A stretch of DNA of 64,000 nucleotides from contig OY759746.1 of NCBI GenBank assembly GCA_963662795.1, positions 896,001-960,000 on the forward strand, in the 5' to 3' direction. Source of the DNA: Spirochaetia bacterium. Its GTDB lineage: Bacteria > Spirochaetota > Spirochaetia > CADAEX01. Under the pieces are notes generated by a model. It had not been told where the DNA came from. It did not search any database and was given only the letters and a program-made list of their open reading frames with translations. This document shows positions 1 to 10,052 of this stretch, one piece after another. The stretch's first letter is position 1. Each line of letters starts with the position of its first letter. A program made the position numbers and the translations under genes.

Positions 1-467
1 GAAAAAATCAATATCAGCATGAGACCCTGCCAGAACATCGGCATTGATACACCAAACAGTGCACCGCCGGTAGCAAGCGTATCCCAGACTGTATTCCGCT
101 TCAGTGCAGAAATAATACCGAACAGGAGGCCAAGAAAAATTCCAAGCACAATACTCCAGGTGGAAATATTCAGAGTAACGAGAAAACGGGAAGCCAATTC
201 TATTATAACAGGCGTTCGCGAACGATAAGACAAGCCAAGGTCACCCTGAGAGATATTGATCAGATATGTACCTAATCGTTCAATAAATGATCCACTGATG
301 CCCAAATCAGTTCGGTAAGCTTCAAGCGCCTCCCGTGTAGCCCCATCCCCAAGAGCCAAAAGCGCAGGATCGCCCGGTGCAAAATACAAAATCGTAAAAA
401 CCACTATTGAGACGCCATACAAAATAGGGATTATCCACAAGAGCCGTTTCAGAATATATGATAACAA
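1..467 (-). CDS. Peptide/nickel ABC transporter permease DppB/OppB-like (3' end outside window; not in ORF track)
   Basis: Hand translation from TTG at 467 (SD GGAGAGGAG upstream) gives MLSYILKRLLWIIPILYGVSIVVFTILYFAPGDPA...GDLGLSYRSRTPV, the typical DppB N-terminus. It lies directly downstream of a family-5 SBP. Confidence 0.9.
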   Translation of the reverse strand, partial: MLSYILKRLLWIIPILYGVSIVVFTILYFAPGDPALLALGDGATREALEAYRTDLGISGSFIERLGTYLINISQGDLGLSYRSRTPVIIELASRFLVTLNISTWSIVLGIFLGLLFGIISALKRNTVWDTLATGGALFGVSMPMFWQGLMLILIF

Positions 468-565
468 TTATATCACTCCTCTCCTATCAGCAAAATGCGA
501 CAACTATCATTTTAACATAGCTGTGATTCGCCAACAATTTCTTGTTGCTTTAATTTTTAAAATCA

Positions 566-594
566 AGGGCAGATAAAAAACCCATATCCGCCCT
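566..594 (-). terminator. Intercistronic stem-loop between SBP and permease genes
   Basis: agggcagata...tatccgccct forms a 10-bp stem with one G-U pair on the minus strand. Confidence 0.5.
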
Positions 595-628
595 CGACTA
601 ATTTTTTACTTAGTTCATAAATTTCAGG

Positions 629-2161
629 TTATTTATAGTAGCAGTACTTTAGCAATGGAGACTGATATGCTCCATTGCGGAAATTCTGAAGATTATTCAC
701 ATGAACATAAATATCTTCCTGTTGATAAATAGGGATGATTGCCACTTCTTCAAGTGCCAGCATTTGGATTTTTTTATTCAGTTCTGCGCGTTTTACAGGA
801 TCGCCCTCTTTTGCAGCTTTCTCTATGAGTATGTCCATTTCGGGATTACTGTAGCCCGCGAGGTTACGCTGAGAGGTATCCTTACTCCAGAAGAAACGGT
901 TTGCGAAGTCGATATCTCCATTCGTTGCCGCAATACCCCAAGTATAAAGGTCAAATTTCTTTTCGACTTTTATAGCCTGAGCATTTGTAGCACCGTCAAG
1001 AGAAATTATTGAAGCGTTGATGCCTACCTTTTTGAGCGAATTGGAAAAAAATTCACCGTAGGTCATGCGAACCGATTGGTTGCCAACGTGATACGTGCAG
1101 TTAAATCCATCCGGATAACCAGCTTCAGCCAGCAGTTTCTTGGCTTTCTCAAGATTATACTCGTACATCGGATACTTGACCTGTCCGGCGATGGAATCCT
1201 TGATATTGTCAGGCAGAAGGCCAATCGCCGGACGGCCGACACCATTCATGGCAACCTTCCACCCACCATTGATGTCGAGGCAGTGTGCTATCGCTTTACG
1301 GACACGGACATCGTTGAACGGCGCCTTCCTCTGGTTAAAGCTAAAGTAAGCGTTATCATTTGTATAAAAACGATCCAAAGTCACATTGGAATTGGCTGCC
1401 GCAGCCGGGATATCAACACCGGAGACATCATATGCCATATCGGCACCGCCGGTCTCAACTTCGATATAGCGGTTACCGTCCTCAGCAATAACCTTGAAAA
1501 TAATATTTTTAATCTTAGGTTGCTCTTTAACATGATATTGATCAAATGCGACCAGATTTACATGATCACCCTGAACCCATTCACCCCACAGATATGGGCC
1601 GGTGCCTATATCCATCTTAGACCAATCGCCTTTATTGTCCTTATAGCCCTTCTGGCTGAACATCGCGCATGGCGGATGGGATAGGTTAGCAATAACAGGC
1701 ATGTATATTTCTTCCATGACTATCTCGAATGTGTAATCATCAATTACCTTACTTTTTTTAAGATTCATAAAATCAGTCACGTTACGATTTGAGCCCTCAC
1801 GCAAAATACCTAGCGAGAACAGGCAATCGCTTGCTTTGAGCTCTTCCCCGTTATGCGTCATAACACCCTGTTTTATCCTGACGGTAAGCGTCATATAGTC
1901 GTCAGACCATTTCCAGCTTTCTGCTAGTAACGGCTTAAACTCATTTTCTGCTGTACGCTCAATCAGAGTCTCATAAACCTGGGCTTTGATCTTGACTGTA
2001 GCATTAGTTGTAATGCCAGAAGGATTCATGTCGCCCATGTCCTCCCTATGTGCGATAACCAATGTGTCATTGATCCTTTTAGCCTCTTTTTTTCCGCCAG
2101 CAAATACGATTGCGGTAATGCAAAAGACTAAAATAATTGTGAACAACACTCTCTTTTTCAT
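629..2161 (-). CDS. ABC transporter substrate-binding protein, family 5 (DppA/OppA/NikA-like)
   Basis: Signal peptide plus VYETL..., PLLAESW, IGTGPY, FNDVRVRKAI and KAKKLLAEAGYPDG motifs. Confidence 0.92.
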   Translation of the reverse strand: MKKRVLFTIILVFCITAIVFAGGKKEAKRINDTLVIAHREDMGDMNPSGITTNATVKIKAQVYETLIERTAENEFKPLLAESWKWSDDYMTLTVRIKQGVMTHNGEELKASDCLFSLGILREGSNRNVTDFMNLKKSKVIDDYTFEIVMEEIYMPVIANLSHPPCAMFSQKGYKDNKGDWSKMDIGTGPYLWGEWVQGDHVNLVAFDQYHVKEQPKIKNIIFKVIAEDGNRYIEVETGGADMAYDVSGVDIPAAAANSNVTLDRFYTNDNAYFSFNQRKAPFNDVRVRKAIAHCLDINGGWKVAMNGVGRPAIGLLPDNIKDSIAGQVKYPMYEYNLEKAKKLLAEAGYPDGFNCTYHVGNQSVRMTYGEFFSNSLKKVGINASIISLDGATNAQAIKVEKKFDLYTWGIAATNGDIDFANRFFWSKDTSQRNLAGYSNPEMDILIEKAAKEGDPVKRAELNKKIQMLALEEVAIIPIYQQEDIYVHVNNLQNFRNGAYQSPLLKYCYYK

Positions 2162-2237
2162 TTACTCCTCCTAAAATAATAGTAGTTTTTAAAAATATCC
2201 TGCATTTATAGATTTACAGAATATTTTGTGAAACAAT

Positions 2238-2670
2238 CTAATCTGTACTTCTACCCCTGTACCGGGTTTTTCTACAGATCTTACTTAAGAAATATAATCT
2301 TTTCCGTATACAATGCCCGCAATTCAGATAAAGGCGGTAAATATTAGGTGTTTCAATTTCGAAGATCGATCCAAATGAATAAAGTGGAACTAAACAAGAT
2401 AGAATATACTCATTTACAAACCTGTGATTACAGTCCTGTAAAGATTTCACTCTGACATACAGTTTGTTATTTTAAGAACAGCAAAAAAGACGTCTCCTTC
2501 AAATTCACATACCATTGTTAATGTTTTTAACAATGTCTTAAATGGAAATCATACCTATCCACAATTTTCATGTTCTCTTCATAAGCATTCTCTATAATTA
2601 TTGCACTGTTTACTTTTGATCCTCCTTTATAATAATTAAACGTTTAATTTGTATTGATTCCATTCATATA
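2238..2670 (-). pseudogene. Decayed C-terminal half of an opine dehydrogenase (third copy)
   Basis: Fragments across stops and frameshifts (MNGINTN*TFNYYKGG..IIENAYEE, HRFVNEYILSCLVPLYSFGSIFEIETP, IAGIVYGKDYIS*VRSVEKPG) align with MNKIDSGQSFDYYMEG..LIEKADNE, HRFIIEDILNGLVPLSSFAITLNIDTP and IGSIATGRDLYKEGRTVEKLG of 14898..15974. Confidence 0.8.
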
Positions 2671-2770
2671 AAACACCAATTTCAGAGTGGACATATTTGA
2701 TGCTTTTTCGTATCATCCATAACATTGAAAATAATTTACCTCCTGTTTTCCAGTAATAGCACGCTTAAAA

Positions 2771-3853
2771 TTACATAACCATCTGATGAATCTCTTCGAG
2801 TGTCTTGTCTGTAAAACCAAGTTTTTCAGCAGTTCTCCCCTCTTTACGGAAATCGCGACCGCAGACAACACTTGCAATATCAACAAAAGTATCCATCATG
2901 GGCGTGGCAATATCGAGATATTTACCAACTGATGTCAGTGGTACCAGGCCAGAATATGTATCCTCGACAATGAAGCGATGCGTAAGCATCTTGGGGCTAT
3001 TGAGTCCACGGTACGCTTCGTTATGCTGCAGTAAATCGTACAGATCATTTTGCTCGAGTTTGTAAATGACTTTGAGTGATTCTACCAGCGTGGAAGCGTT
3101 GACACCCATCGCCTTGCATACTATTACGCGTTCTTTGTCGGCAGCGGAAATGATTTTAGCTATACTTTGTGTAATCCCTTCCATGTAGTAATCATAATTC
3201 TGACCGGTATCAAGCTTGTTTAGGTTCATAATGCTGGGAATGGGATGCAACATTGCACCGCCGCCGCGGAAACTGGTTTCCAGAACAGATTCCACCGGAG
3301 TTAAGTTAAGAAAGATGGGACCTAGTACATCCATCAAGCGTCCAATGTCACTGCCGGGCAGCGTTGCAATCGAAGTCGTTGCCTTGATTCCGCTTTGAAA
3401 GGTTACGCCGGTTTCATAGCTACGGCAGGCATACATCAAGTCTCCAGCTTCAGCAATGATTACATCTGCCTTGCTGCTTTTGCCGCCTCGAATTACGTTT
3501 GCAACTTCCAGCGCACCACCACAATGTCCAGGATTCAATACAATAATTTGTCCGTCCCGAAGATAAGGCAGACACTTCTTGGCAATACTTCTGTGTGCAT
3601 CAGTAGTAGAAACGATCATAATGATGTCAATATCGGTCATTGCTTTGGAAATATCGTCCGTGATTAGTTCAGGCATTTCTTCACATTCGAACAATCCAGT
3701 AACAGTGATTTTGCCGCGCTCGTTCAGACATTTAATTTTTTCTTTATCGATATCATAGAGTTTTACGCTGTGCTTTTTTCCCGTCAAAACAGCCGCCATA
3801 GTCTGGCCACCCGCACCGGCTCCAATAATGGCAAATTTCATTTTTGATTCCAT
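2771..3853 (-). CDS. NAD/NADP-dependent opine/octopine/nopaline dehydrogenase family protein (copy A)
   Basis: Rossmann GAGAGG, LNPG..GGALE, HPIP..MN, YYMEGIT, D.ER, HRF..ED..GLVP and DFRKEGRT.EKLG. The layout matches Arthrobacter opine dehydrogenase (CENDH). Confidence 0.9.
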   Translation of the reverse strand: MESKMKFAIIGAGAGGQTMAAVLTGKKHSVKLYDIDKEKIKCLNERGKITVTGLFECEEMPELITDDISKAMTDIDIIMIVSTTDAHRSIAKKCLPYLRDGQIIVLNPGHCGGALEVANVIRGGKSSKADVIIAEAGDLMYACRSYETGVTFQSGIKATTSIATLPGSDIGRLMDVLGPIFLNLTPVESVLETSFRGGGAMLHPIPSIMNLNKLDTGQNYDYYMEGITQSIAKIISAADKERVIVCKAMGVNASTLVESLKVIYKLEQNDLYDLLQHNEAYRGLNSPKMLTHRFIVEDTYSGLVPLTSVGKYLDIATPMMDTFVDIASVVCGRDFRKEGRTAEKLGFTDKTLEEIHQMVM

Positions 3854-3859
3854 AACAAT

Positions 3860-3888
3860 ATCTTATTACGCTTTTTTCTATTTGTCAA
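3860..3888 (-). promoter_or_regulatory. Sigma70-type promoter of opine dehydrogenase A (probably leaderless)
   Basis: TTGACA(3883-3888)-17 bp-TAAGAT(3860-3865), then 6 nt, then the ATG. No SD. Confidence 0.65.
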
Positions 3889-3895
3889 CTTTTTC

Positions 3896-3931
3896 CGAAT
3901 GTTGTTCGCTATTTTTTTTGAACGCCGTTCT
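3896..3931. promoter_or_regulatory. Tandem palindromic operator, site 1 (putative IclR site)
   Basis: cgaat-gtt-gttcg-N10-tgaac-gcc-gttct, with the same architecture at 16076 and 20234. Confidence 0.65.
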
Positions 3932-3990
3932 ATTTTAAAAGACTTTTATAAATTATAATAATAAGATTTGTATAAAATCGGGAGAATTTA

Positions 3991-4573
3991 ATGAATATAA
4001 TTTCGATGAATCCTGATACTTCATCATTGAAGCTGGCTGTTTTAGATGAAAATCAAAACATCTTAGAATCATCAAATGAGAAATATTCCTACAACATTCC
4101 TGAGCCCTATTTGTGAAAATTGATCCTAACCATATTATCACTGCATTAATTAAAACATTGAAAAATATCACAATTGATTTAGATACAATTGAAGGGAGTT
4201 GCTATGACACTTTCCCGCCTTCTATAGTTTTCATGAATTCTAATGGTAAACCATTATATCCTATTATTACTCACCTTGATCGCAGGAGTAAACAAGAAAG
4301 CAACTATATTTGTAATAAAATTGGGGTTAACTCTTTCTTAAAATAACGGGAATTTTACCTTTTTCCGGGGCTGCATCAATAGTTTCATTTTATGGATAAA
4401 AAATCATTATCCGGATATTTATAATAAAAGTCATTTTTTTGGACATTTAAGCACTTATATTCACCATTTTTTCACTGGTCTTTGGAGCACAAATACTGTA
4501 AACACATCAATGACATGAATGCATAATACAATTATCAAAACTGGATGGGCCGATGATCTTCTTAAGGACGGAA
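3991..4573 (+). pseudogene. FGGY carbohydrate kinase pseudogene, paralog of 16170..17483, truncated by IS3
   Basis: MNIISMNPDTSSLKLAVLD..., CYDTFPPSIVFM...PIITHLDRRS and GHLSTYIHHFFTGLWSTNTVNTSMT* match the intact copy, with frameshifts and stops. It ends at the IS inverted repeat. Confidence 0.9.
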
Positions 4574-6165
4574 TATATCAACATAGTTGTCAGTAGTTCT
4601 TTGAAATATGTTATGCTGCATTTTGCTTTCTTGTGTCGGCAGACGGATTGAGATAGAAAACAATTTAATTTTCCCACACAGCTGGCTTTCTACACCATCT
4701 TTCAGGATTTCTGCTGTAAGCGGCTGCAAGTGTCTGATTTCTTTTAAGTATTATTTCTTCCCCGATTCCTGAATGCCTTGGATTTGGAGTTATGTAGTTT
4801 ATTCCACTGTGCCGGTGCTGCTCGTTATACCAGCCTATGAAATCTACCATCCAATTTCTTGAGTGAAAAAGATCTTTAAAATATTTCAAAAATCCAGCTG
4901 CATATTTTAATGTTTTAAAAAGTGATTCTGAATATGGATTATCATCACTGATACGAGGCCTTGAAAAAGAAGGGATTACGCCCAGATTATATAATATCAT
5001 CATCATGGTTGCACCTTTCATGGGATTCCCATTATCAGAATGAAGTTTTACTCCTGAAAGATTATATCTTGATTTTAATTTTTAAATAATTCAGCAGCTA
5101 TTATATCAGATTCTTCTTAGTGAATTTCCCAGCCAACAATTTTACGGCTCCAAACATCCACAATTACATATGCATAAAATAAATTCCTTTAGTCCCTGTT
5201 TTAAGCCAGGTTATATCCCACCTCCAAACCTGGTCAGGACCAGTTACGACAAGTTCTGTAGGCGGATTTGATTTTTTCCTTGCATGTCTTTTTTTCTATG
5301 ATAAAGCATCTCTTTTTCACGTAGAACACGATAAAATGTACTTGGACTTGCAATATATTTTTTCCCTCAAGGAGAATTGCTGTAATTTTATAAGGATTAC
5401 AGTCAACAAAACGCTTGCTGCAGAAAATCTCAATTATTTCCTGTTTTTCTTCATCCAGCAGTTTTTTAGATATTCTTTTTCTGCTCCTTTACGGAAATTT
5501 CCATGAGAATTATTTTTCGACAGGTAATAGGTACTATCTGTTATTTCAAGAACCGCACAGGCTTTATGGCTTCTTGCTTCTTCTGTTACTGCTTAATATA
5601 TCAGCATTACAGCAATCCTTCTCTCTGATACTGGAATCAGTCGTCTTCTTCCCCCCAGATAGCACCTGCTTTTTTTTAAGGGTCATTAAGGCTGCCATTT
5701 CAACAAGTGCTTTTTCCTTCCGGTTAAGCCCTTTTTCAAGTGCTTTAATTTTCTTTTTTTGATCCTGAATAATTTTTTTATCTTTTTGACTGTTATCGGT
5801 CAAGACTTCTCTCAGCTCCTGTTTCCATAATGTAAGATGTTCACTATGAAGTCCGTTTTGCCGCAGTCACTGACCCAAGTTCATCATCACCGAGTTTTTT
5901 GCTTTCTAATATCAGGGCCATTTTTTCGGAAGGACTTCTTCGCAAAGGAGAGATTTCCACTTCTTCAGGATCAAGAGTACAAGCTTTTAATTTAAATATC
6001 CGGTTTCTTTTTGTCTGCTTGCTTACGCCGGGTTCTTTACTTGCTTTGCTTATGCTTTTGTTTCCAGGCGGCAATACCCGTCTTAATATACTGTTTCGGA
6101 AACCTGTGCTGTACTTCATTATAGTTATCTCCTGTAAAATATTTACTGACAACTATCTTGATACA
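4574..6165 (-). mobile_element. Degenerate IS3-family insertion sequence with 22-bp terminal inverted repeats
   Basis: IRs tatatcaacatagttgtcagta (4574-4595) and the reverse complement of 6144-6165 (tgtatcaagatagttgtcagta) match at 20/22. OrfA-like MKYSTGFRNSILRRVLPP; OrfB-like SRPRISDDNPYSESLFKTLKY, WYNEQHRHSGI and RNPERW. The transposase is broken into several ORFs. Confidence 0.9.
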
Positions 6166-6321
6166 TAGGGCCCAGTATCATCCATGTTTTTCAGTTGGAA
6201 CCATTCTTATCCGAAAAGGCCATTTTGCCGATTTTTGAGTCTGATTTCCCAATTTTTCCAGTAATTAGATCTTGCGCCCCTAGATTATTTTTCCTACCAT
6301 TCATTTGGCAAACTTCCTGAT

Positions 6322-6350
6322 TTGATAAATTAGTATAATCAAACTATAAT
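6322..6350 (+). promoter_or_regulatory. Sigma70-type promoter of PP2C gene (probably leaderless)
   Basis: TTGATA-17 bp-TATAAT, then 7 nt, then the ATG at 6358. No SD. Confidence 0.6.
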
Positions 6351-6357
6351 TATAATT

Positions 6358-7122
6358 ATGATTTATTCCTTCCTGACAGACAGGGGAAAAATCAGAACCG
6401 GGAATGAAGATTTTATTGCCCTGCCTGGAAAAAGCTCAATCTCAGATGACATAAAATACGACACTGATAATCTCGGATGGCTTTTTGTCCTGTGCGACGG
6501 GATGGGAGGAGCCAACGCAGGGGAAGTGGCAAGCAGCATGGCAGGCGCAATGCTGATGAAAGAATACTACAGCCTTGACAGGAAACCTGATGATCCCGGA
6601 TTTTTCCTGACAGAGAAAATCCTTGAAATAAATTACAGAATATTAAGGTGGAGTTTAAAAGTTCCGGATTATTACGGGATGGGAACAACACTGGTCTCAC
6701 TATTGATTGACGGCAAAACAGCCTGTATTAACTCCGTAGGCGACAGCCGTATTTACAGATTGAGAAGCGGTTCGCTCGAACAGATTACAGAAGACCAGTC
6801 TCTTGTATGGGAATACTACAGGTCCGGGAAAATGACAAAAGAGGAGATAAGAAAGCACCCCAGAAACAATATTCTTACCTGCGCGCTGGGAACAGACACG
6901 GACATGCTGCTGAGCAGCATAGAAAGCTACAGGCTTGATGTTGAAGATAATGATCAGTTTCTTCTCTGCAGCGATGGGCTAAGCGATATGTTAAGCGACT
7001 GGGAAATGGAAGAAATCCTTGTGATGGATGAGTCTGCCGATCATGTCACGGACAGGCTTCTTGCAGAGGCGATGAAAAGCGGCGGCAGGGATAATATTTC
7101 GTTAATACTTGTTCGAAGCTGA
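6358..7122 (+). CDS. PP2C-family Ser/Thr protein phosphatase (PrpC/Stp1-like)
   Basis: TDRG..R..NED, LCDGMGG..AGEVAS, MGTT, VGDSR.Y, LLCSDGL and GGRDN motifs. Confidence 0.95.
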   Translation: MIYSFLTDRGKIRTGNEDFIALPGKSSISDDIKYDTDNLGWLFVLCDGMGGANAGEVASSMAGAMLMKEYYSLDRKPDDPGFFLTEKILEINYRILRWSLKVPDYYGMGTTLVSLLIDGKTACINSVGDSRIYRLRSGSLEQITEDQSLVWEYYRSGKMTKEEIRKHPRNNILTCALGTDTDMLLSSIESYRLDVEDNDQFLLCSDGLSDMLSDWEMEEILVMDESADHVTDRLLAEAMKSGGRDNISLILVRS

Positions 7123-7131
7123 CTTTTTATA
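6702..7131 (+). repeat. 430-bp direct repeat, copy 1 (3' part of PP2C gene)
   Basis: Colinear with 22333..22762. Two hand-counted 60-bp blocks matched at 46/60 and 53/60. Confidence 0.9.
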
Positions 7132-7246
7132 ATTTAAGCAAAACAGAAAACTATACTCAAACCGGTAAAACAGGCTACAATCAGGTTAATAAAAGTATGC
7201 GGAATGAGATTATTAAATATACCGTACTCCGGGAGTCAGACAGGAA

Positions 7247-8452
7247 ATGAAAAAACTAACTGAAAGTATTGAATCAAAACATTTTTACTCATTCATGGTA
7301 AGCATGTTTTTATTCGGAAGCGCTCTGGGACTCTTTAACGGTGTTTTCAACAATTACCTTGCAGAGATACTTCTTATTGACCGGTTTGAGCGTGGTGTTG
7401 TAGAATTTTTAAGGGAACTGCCGGGTTTTCTTCTTTTTCTGCTGCTTATCCCTTTTTACAGGTCAAGCGAAACCCGTATCATACAGATCGCGTTCCTCAT
7501 CAGTCTTGCGGGCCTTGCAGGTCTTGCAGCTAAATCTGATTTAAGATATTTAAGCATATTTTTTGTTGTGATGTGGAGTACAGGCGAGCACATGATAATG
7601 CCGCTCAGACAGTCGATAGCAATGCACAGCGCAAAACCCGGAAGAGAAGGGTTTGCACTGGGGCTTTCAGCCGGGGCAAAAAACTTCGGACAGGTAACAG
7701 GATATTACCTTGTTCCGTTATGCTTCATTGCCGGTGCAAAAATAATGAAATTCCGGCATTCACACATATTCAGGTTTGTATTCTTTTTATCAGCGTTCTT
7801 CCTTGTTCTGGCACTGATATCTACCCTCAGACTTGAAAAATCAGATAAAAAGGTTAAAAGGCAGAAAATCTATTTTCATAAAAAATTCACGAAATACTAT
7901 ATCCTTCAGATCTTTTTCGGAGCAAGGAAACAGGTCTTTCTCACTTTCGCGCCCTATGTGCTTATTCTTAAATATGGTGCAAGGACAGAGCTGATTGCAA
8001 TGCTTTACGGTATTTATTCGACACTCAACATATTTTTTAATCCGTTGGTCGGCAGGCTTATTGACAGGTTCGGGTATAAATTAATCCTTGTGGTGGATTC
8101 CGTTGTTCTCTTCACAGTCTGTATCGTCTACGGCTTTACACACCTCTTTTTCAGTAAAGAAACAGCATTCAGCATTATCTGTGTCGTCTTTGTAATAGAC
8201 GCGATGCTGTTCGCGGTTTCCATGGCAAGAACAGTCTATGTCGGCTCGCTCTCGGACTCAAGGGAAGAGGCTTCCGCCACAATATCTACAGGGATTTCGC
8301 TTGACCACCTTTTCAGCATTATAATTGCACTGCTTGGGGGCCTGCTTTGGGAGAAGATCGGGATGGAGCTTCTTTTCTCTGTCGCTGCATTCTTTGCTGT
8401 CGGGAGTTTTTTCTTTTCACTGTCACTTGAAAAACCGGATAAAAAAAAGTAA
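7247..8452 (+). CDS. Major facilitator superfamily transporter
   Basis: About 12 hydrophobic segments and the GRLIDRFGYK MFS motif. Confidence 0.85.
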   Translation: MKKLTESIESKHFYSFMVSMFLFGSALGLFNGVFNNYLAEILLIDRFERGVVEFLRELPGFLLFLLLIPFYRSSETRIIQIAFLISLAGLAGLAAKSDLRYLSIFFVVMWSTGEHMIMPLRQSIAMHSAKPGREGFALGLSAGAKNFGQVTGYYLVPLCFIAGAKIMKFRHSHIFRFVFFLSAFFLVLALISTLRLEKSDKKVKRQKIYFHKKFTKYYILQIFFGARKQVFLTFAPYVLILKYGARTELIAMLYGIYSTLNIFFNPLVGRLIDRFGYKLILVVDSVVLFTVCIVYGFTHLFFSKETAFSIICVVFVIDAMLFAVSMARTVYVGSLSDSREEASATISTGISLDHLFSIIIALLGGLLWEKIGMELLFSVAAFFAVGSFFFSLSLEKPDKKK

Positions 8453-8717
8453 CCTTCCATGTATAGTTTGTTATACGGCAAAGATCCTATATCACTGTAG
8501 AATGAACGAATTTAACTCCTGTTTATAAAATATTTTATTGTTCTGAAAATTATTTTTTAATAATTGTTTTGTAGCTTTGCAGGCATTTAAAAAAACTTCC
8601 ATTAATTCTTAAGTAATAATTATTCCGTTATTCATTTTCTAATTAGTTATCAACTACAGGTAAAAATATTAGATACTGATTTATTTTTATTCTGATATAC
8701 TATCAATTTTTATATGA

Positions 8718-8924
8718 GGTTCTGTAATTATTACAAGTAATCACTCGGTAAAAGTTTGGGTTAAAACATTCGCAAACCATCAAATGGCTACTACTGTTAT
8801 TTTAGACCGTCTGTTTCATCGGTCTCATATATTCAACACAGAAGATAACAGTTACAGGTTAAAGGATTTTCAGCTCATGCAGCAAGGAGATAAGTCTGAA
8901 GAATCAGTGATTTTGAATTTGTAA
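8718..8924 (+). pseudogene. IS21-family IstB helper ATPase C-terminal remnant
   Basis: Hand translation GSVIITSNHSVKVWVKTFANHQMATTVILDRLFHRSHIFNTEDNSYRLK fits the IstB consensus S.I.TSN....W...F.....A.AILDRL.H.......G.SYR. Confidence 0.8.
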
Positions 8925-9207
8925 AACAAAGCGGCGATCTTTTTCCAAAGGAAGATTCTTCTTGACATTTATGGCCATTTACACAAATTATATTACAGGG
9001 TCTCTGTAAATTAAACTGTTTAACTGCATAATTCCAAATAAGTCTCATAGAGGCAAAAGATATAGAATAAGCAGTATTATGATGGATCAAAAAATTTTTA
9101 AATGACTTCGATAATCAATCAGAGTTATTTAATCCAAACTGCTTAGAATCAACTGTCCACTCTTCAGTGTCAAATTCACCGGTAGCTATTGAGGTTTTTC
9201 TGAAATT

Positions 9208-9990
9208 TTATTTGTCGCAAATATATAATTTAGATTCCGGATAGCCCATATTTTTAGAAATATTCAGTGCTGTGTCAACTACACACTCAGACATCTCTTT
9301 AAGCTTTTCATTTGTCAAAGTATATTTAATAGTTACAATACTTATTGCTGCTATAGGATCTGACAAATGGTTATAAATAGGAGCGGCAACACAATATATG
9401 CCTTCTTCATTTTCTTCATTGTCAATTGAAAAACCTCTTTCTCTGGTTTTTTTCAATTCTTCCTTTAAAACTGTTTTTTTTGTAATAGTTTTTTCTGTAA
9501 CTTTTGGAAGACCCCGTAATTTAATTATTTCATCACTTTTCGTTATTTTATAAGCTGACAACAAAGCCTTTCCCAGTCCAGTACAATGCATTGGAGCCTG
9601 CATACCTACTTCAAATACTGGCTGCAATGTTGCGCCAGTATGAACACTTTTATCCAAATAAACAATCTCACCTTTATTTTCAACAGCCAAAAAACCAATA
9701 GTATTAGTCTGTTGAGTAGCTTTCTCAAGATGAGTATGAGCTATTTTTCTTAAATTTATACTGTCCAAACATTTTGTTCCAATAATAAGTAATTTTATCC
9801 CCAGTGAATATAATTTAGTTCCATTATCTATTGTGTTTAAAATTCCCAAATCAGTCAAAGTCTGAAGTATTTCGAATATTGTTGTTTTTGGAGCATCTAT
9901 AACTTCATTTATTTCTGCAAGAGTTAAAGGTCTTCCTTCTTTTGAAATCAAATCGATTATTCTAAAAGTTCTGCTGATTGATTTATTCAT
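9208..9990 (-). CDS. IclR family transcriptional regulator
   Basis: N-terminal HTH (LTLAEINEVIDAPKTTIFEILQTL), PMHCTGLGKALL, and RGFSIDNEENEEGIYCVAAPI. Confidence 0.95.
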   Translation of the reverse strand: MNKSISRTFRIIDLISKEGRPLTLAEINEVIDAPKTTIFEILQTLTDLGILNTIDNGTKLYSLGIKLLIIGTKCLDSINLRKIAHTHLEKATQQTNTIGFLAVENKGEIVYLDKSVHTGATLQPVFEVGMQAPMHCTGLGKALLSAYKITKSDEIIKLRGLPKVTEKTITKKTVLKEELKKTRERGFSIDNEENEEGIYCVAAPIYNHLSDPIAAISIVTIKYTLTNEKLKEMSECVVDTALNISKNMGYPESKLYICDK

Positions 9991-10052
9991 TATTTATTCC
10001 CTTATTCTTTAAAGATAAAATAATCTGTATTTATTAGATTATAATTGTTTTA

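Noticed and set aside
629-3853. Staphylopine/pseudopaline-type metallophore system (opine DH plus a nickel-type ABC)
   Set aside because: There is no nicotianamine synthase-like CntL or histidine racemase in the window. The dehydrogenases are ~360-aa CENDH-like proteins in a sugar-acid catabolic context.
8925-9200. Possible gene fragment between the istB relic and iclR (ORF 8875..9090)
   Set aside because: I see no recognisable motif or SD, so it cannot be assigned without a database search.
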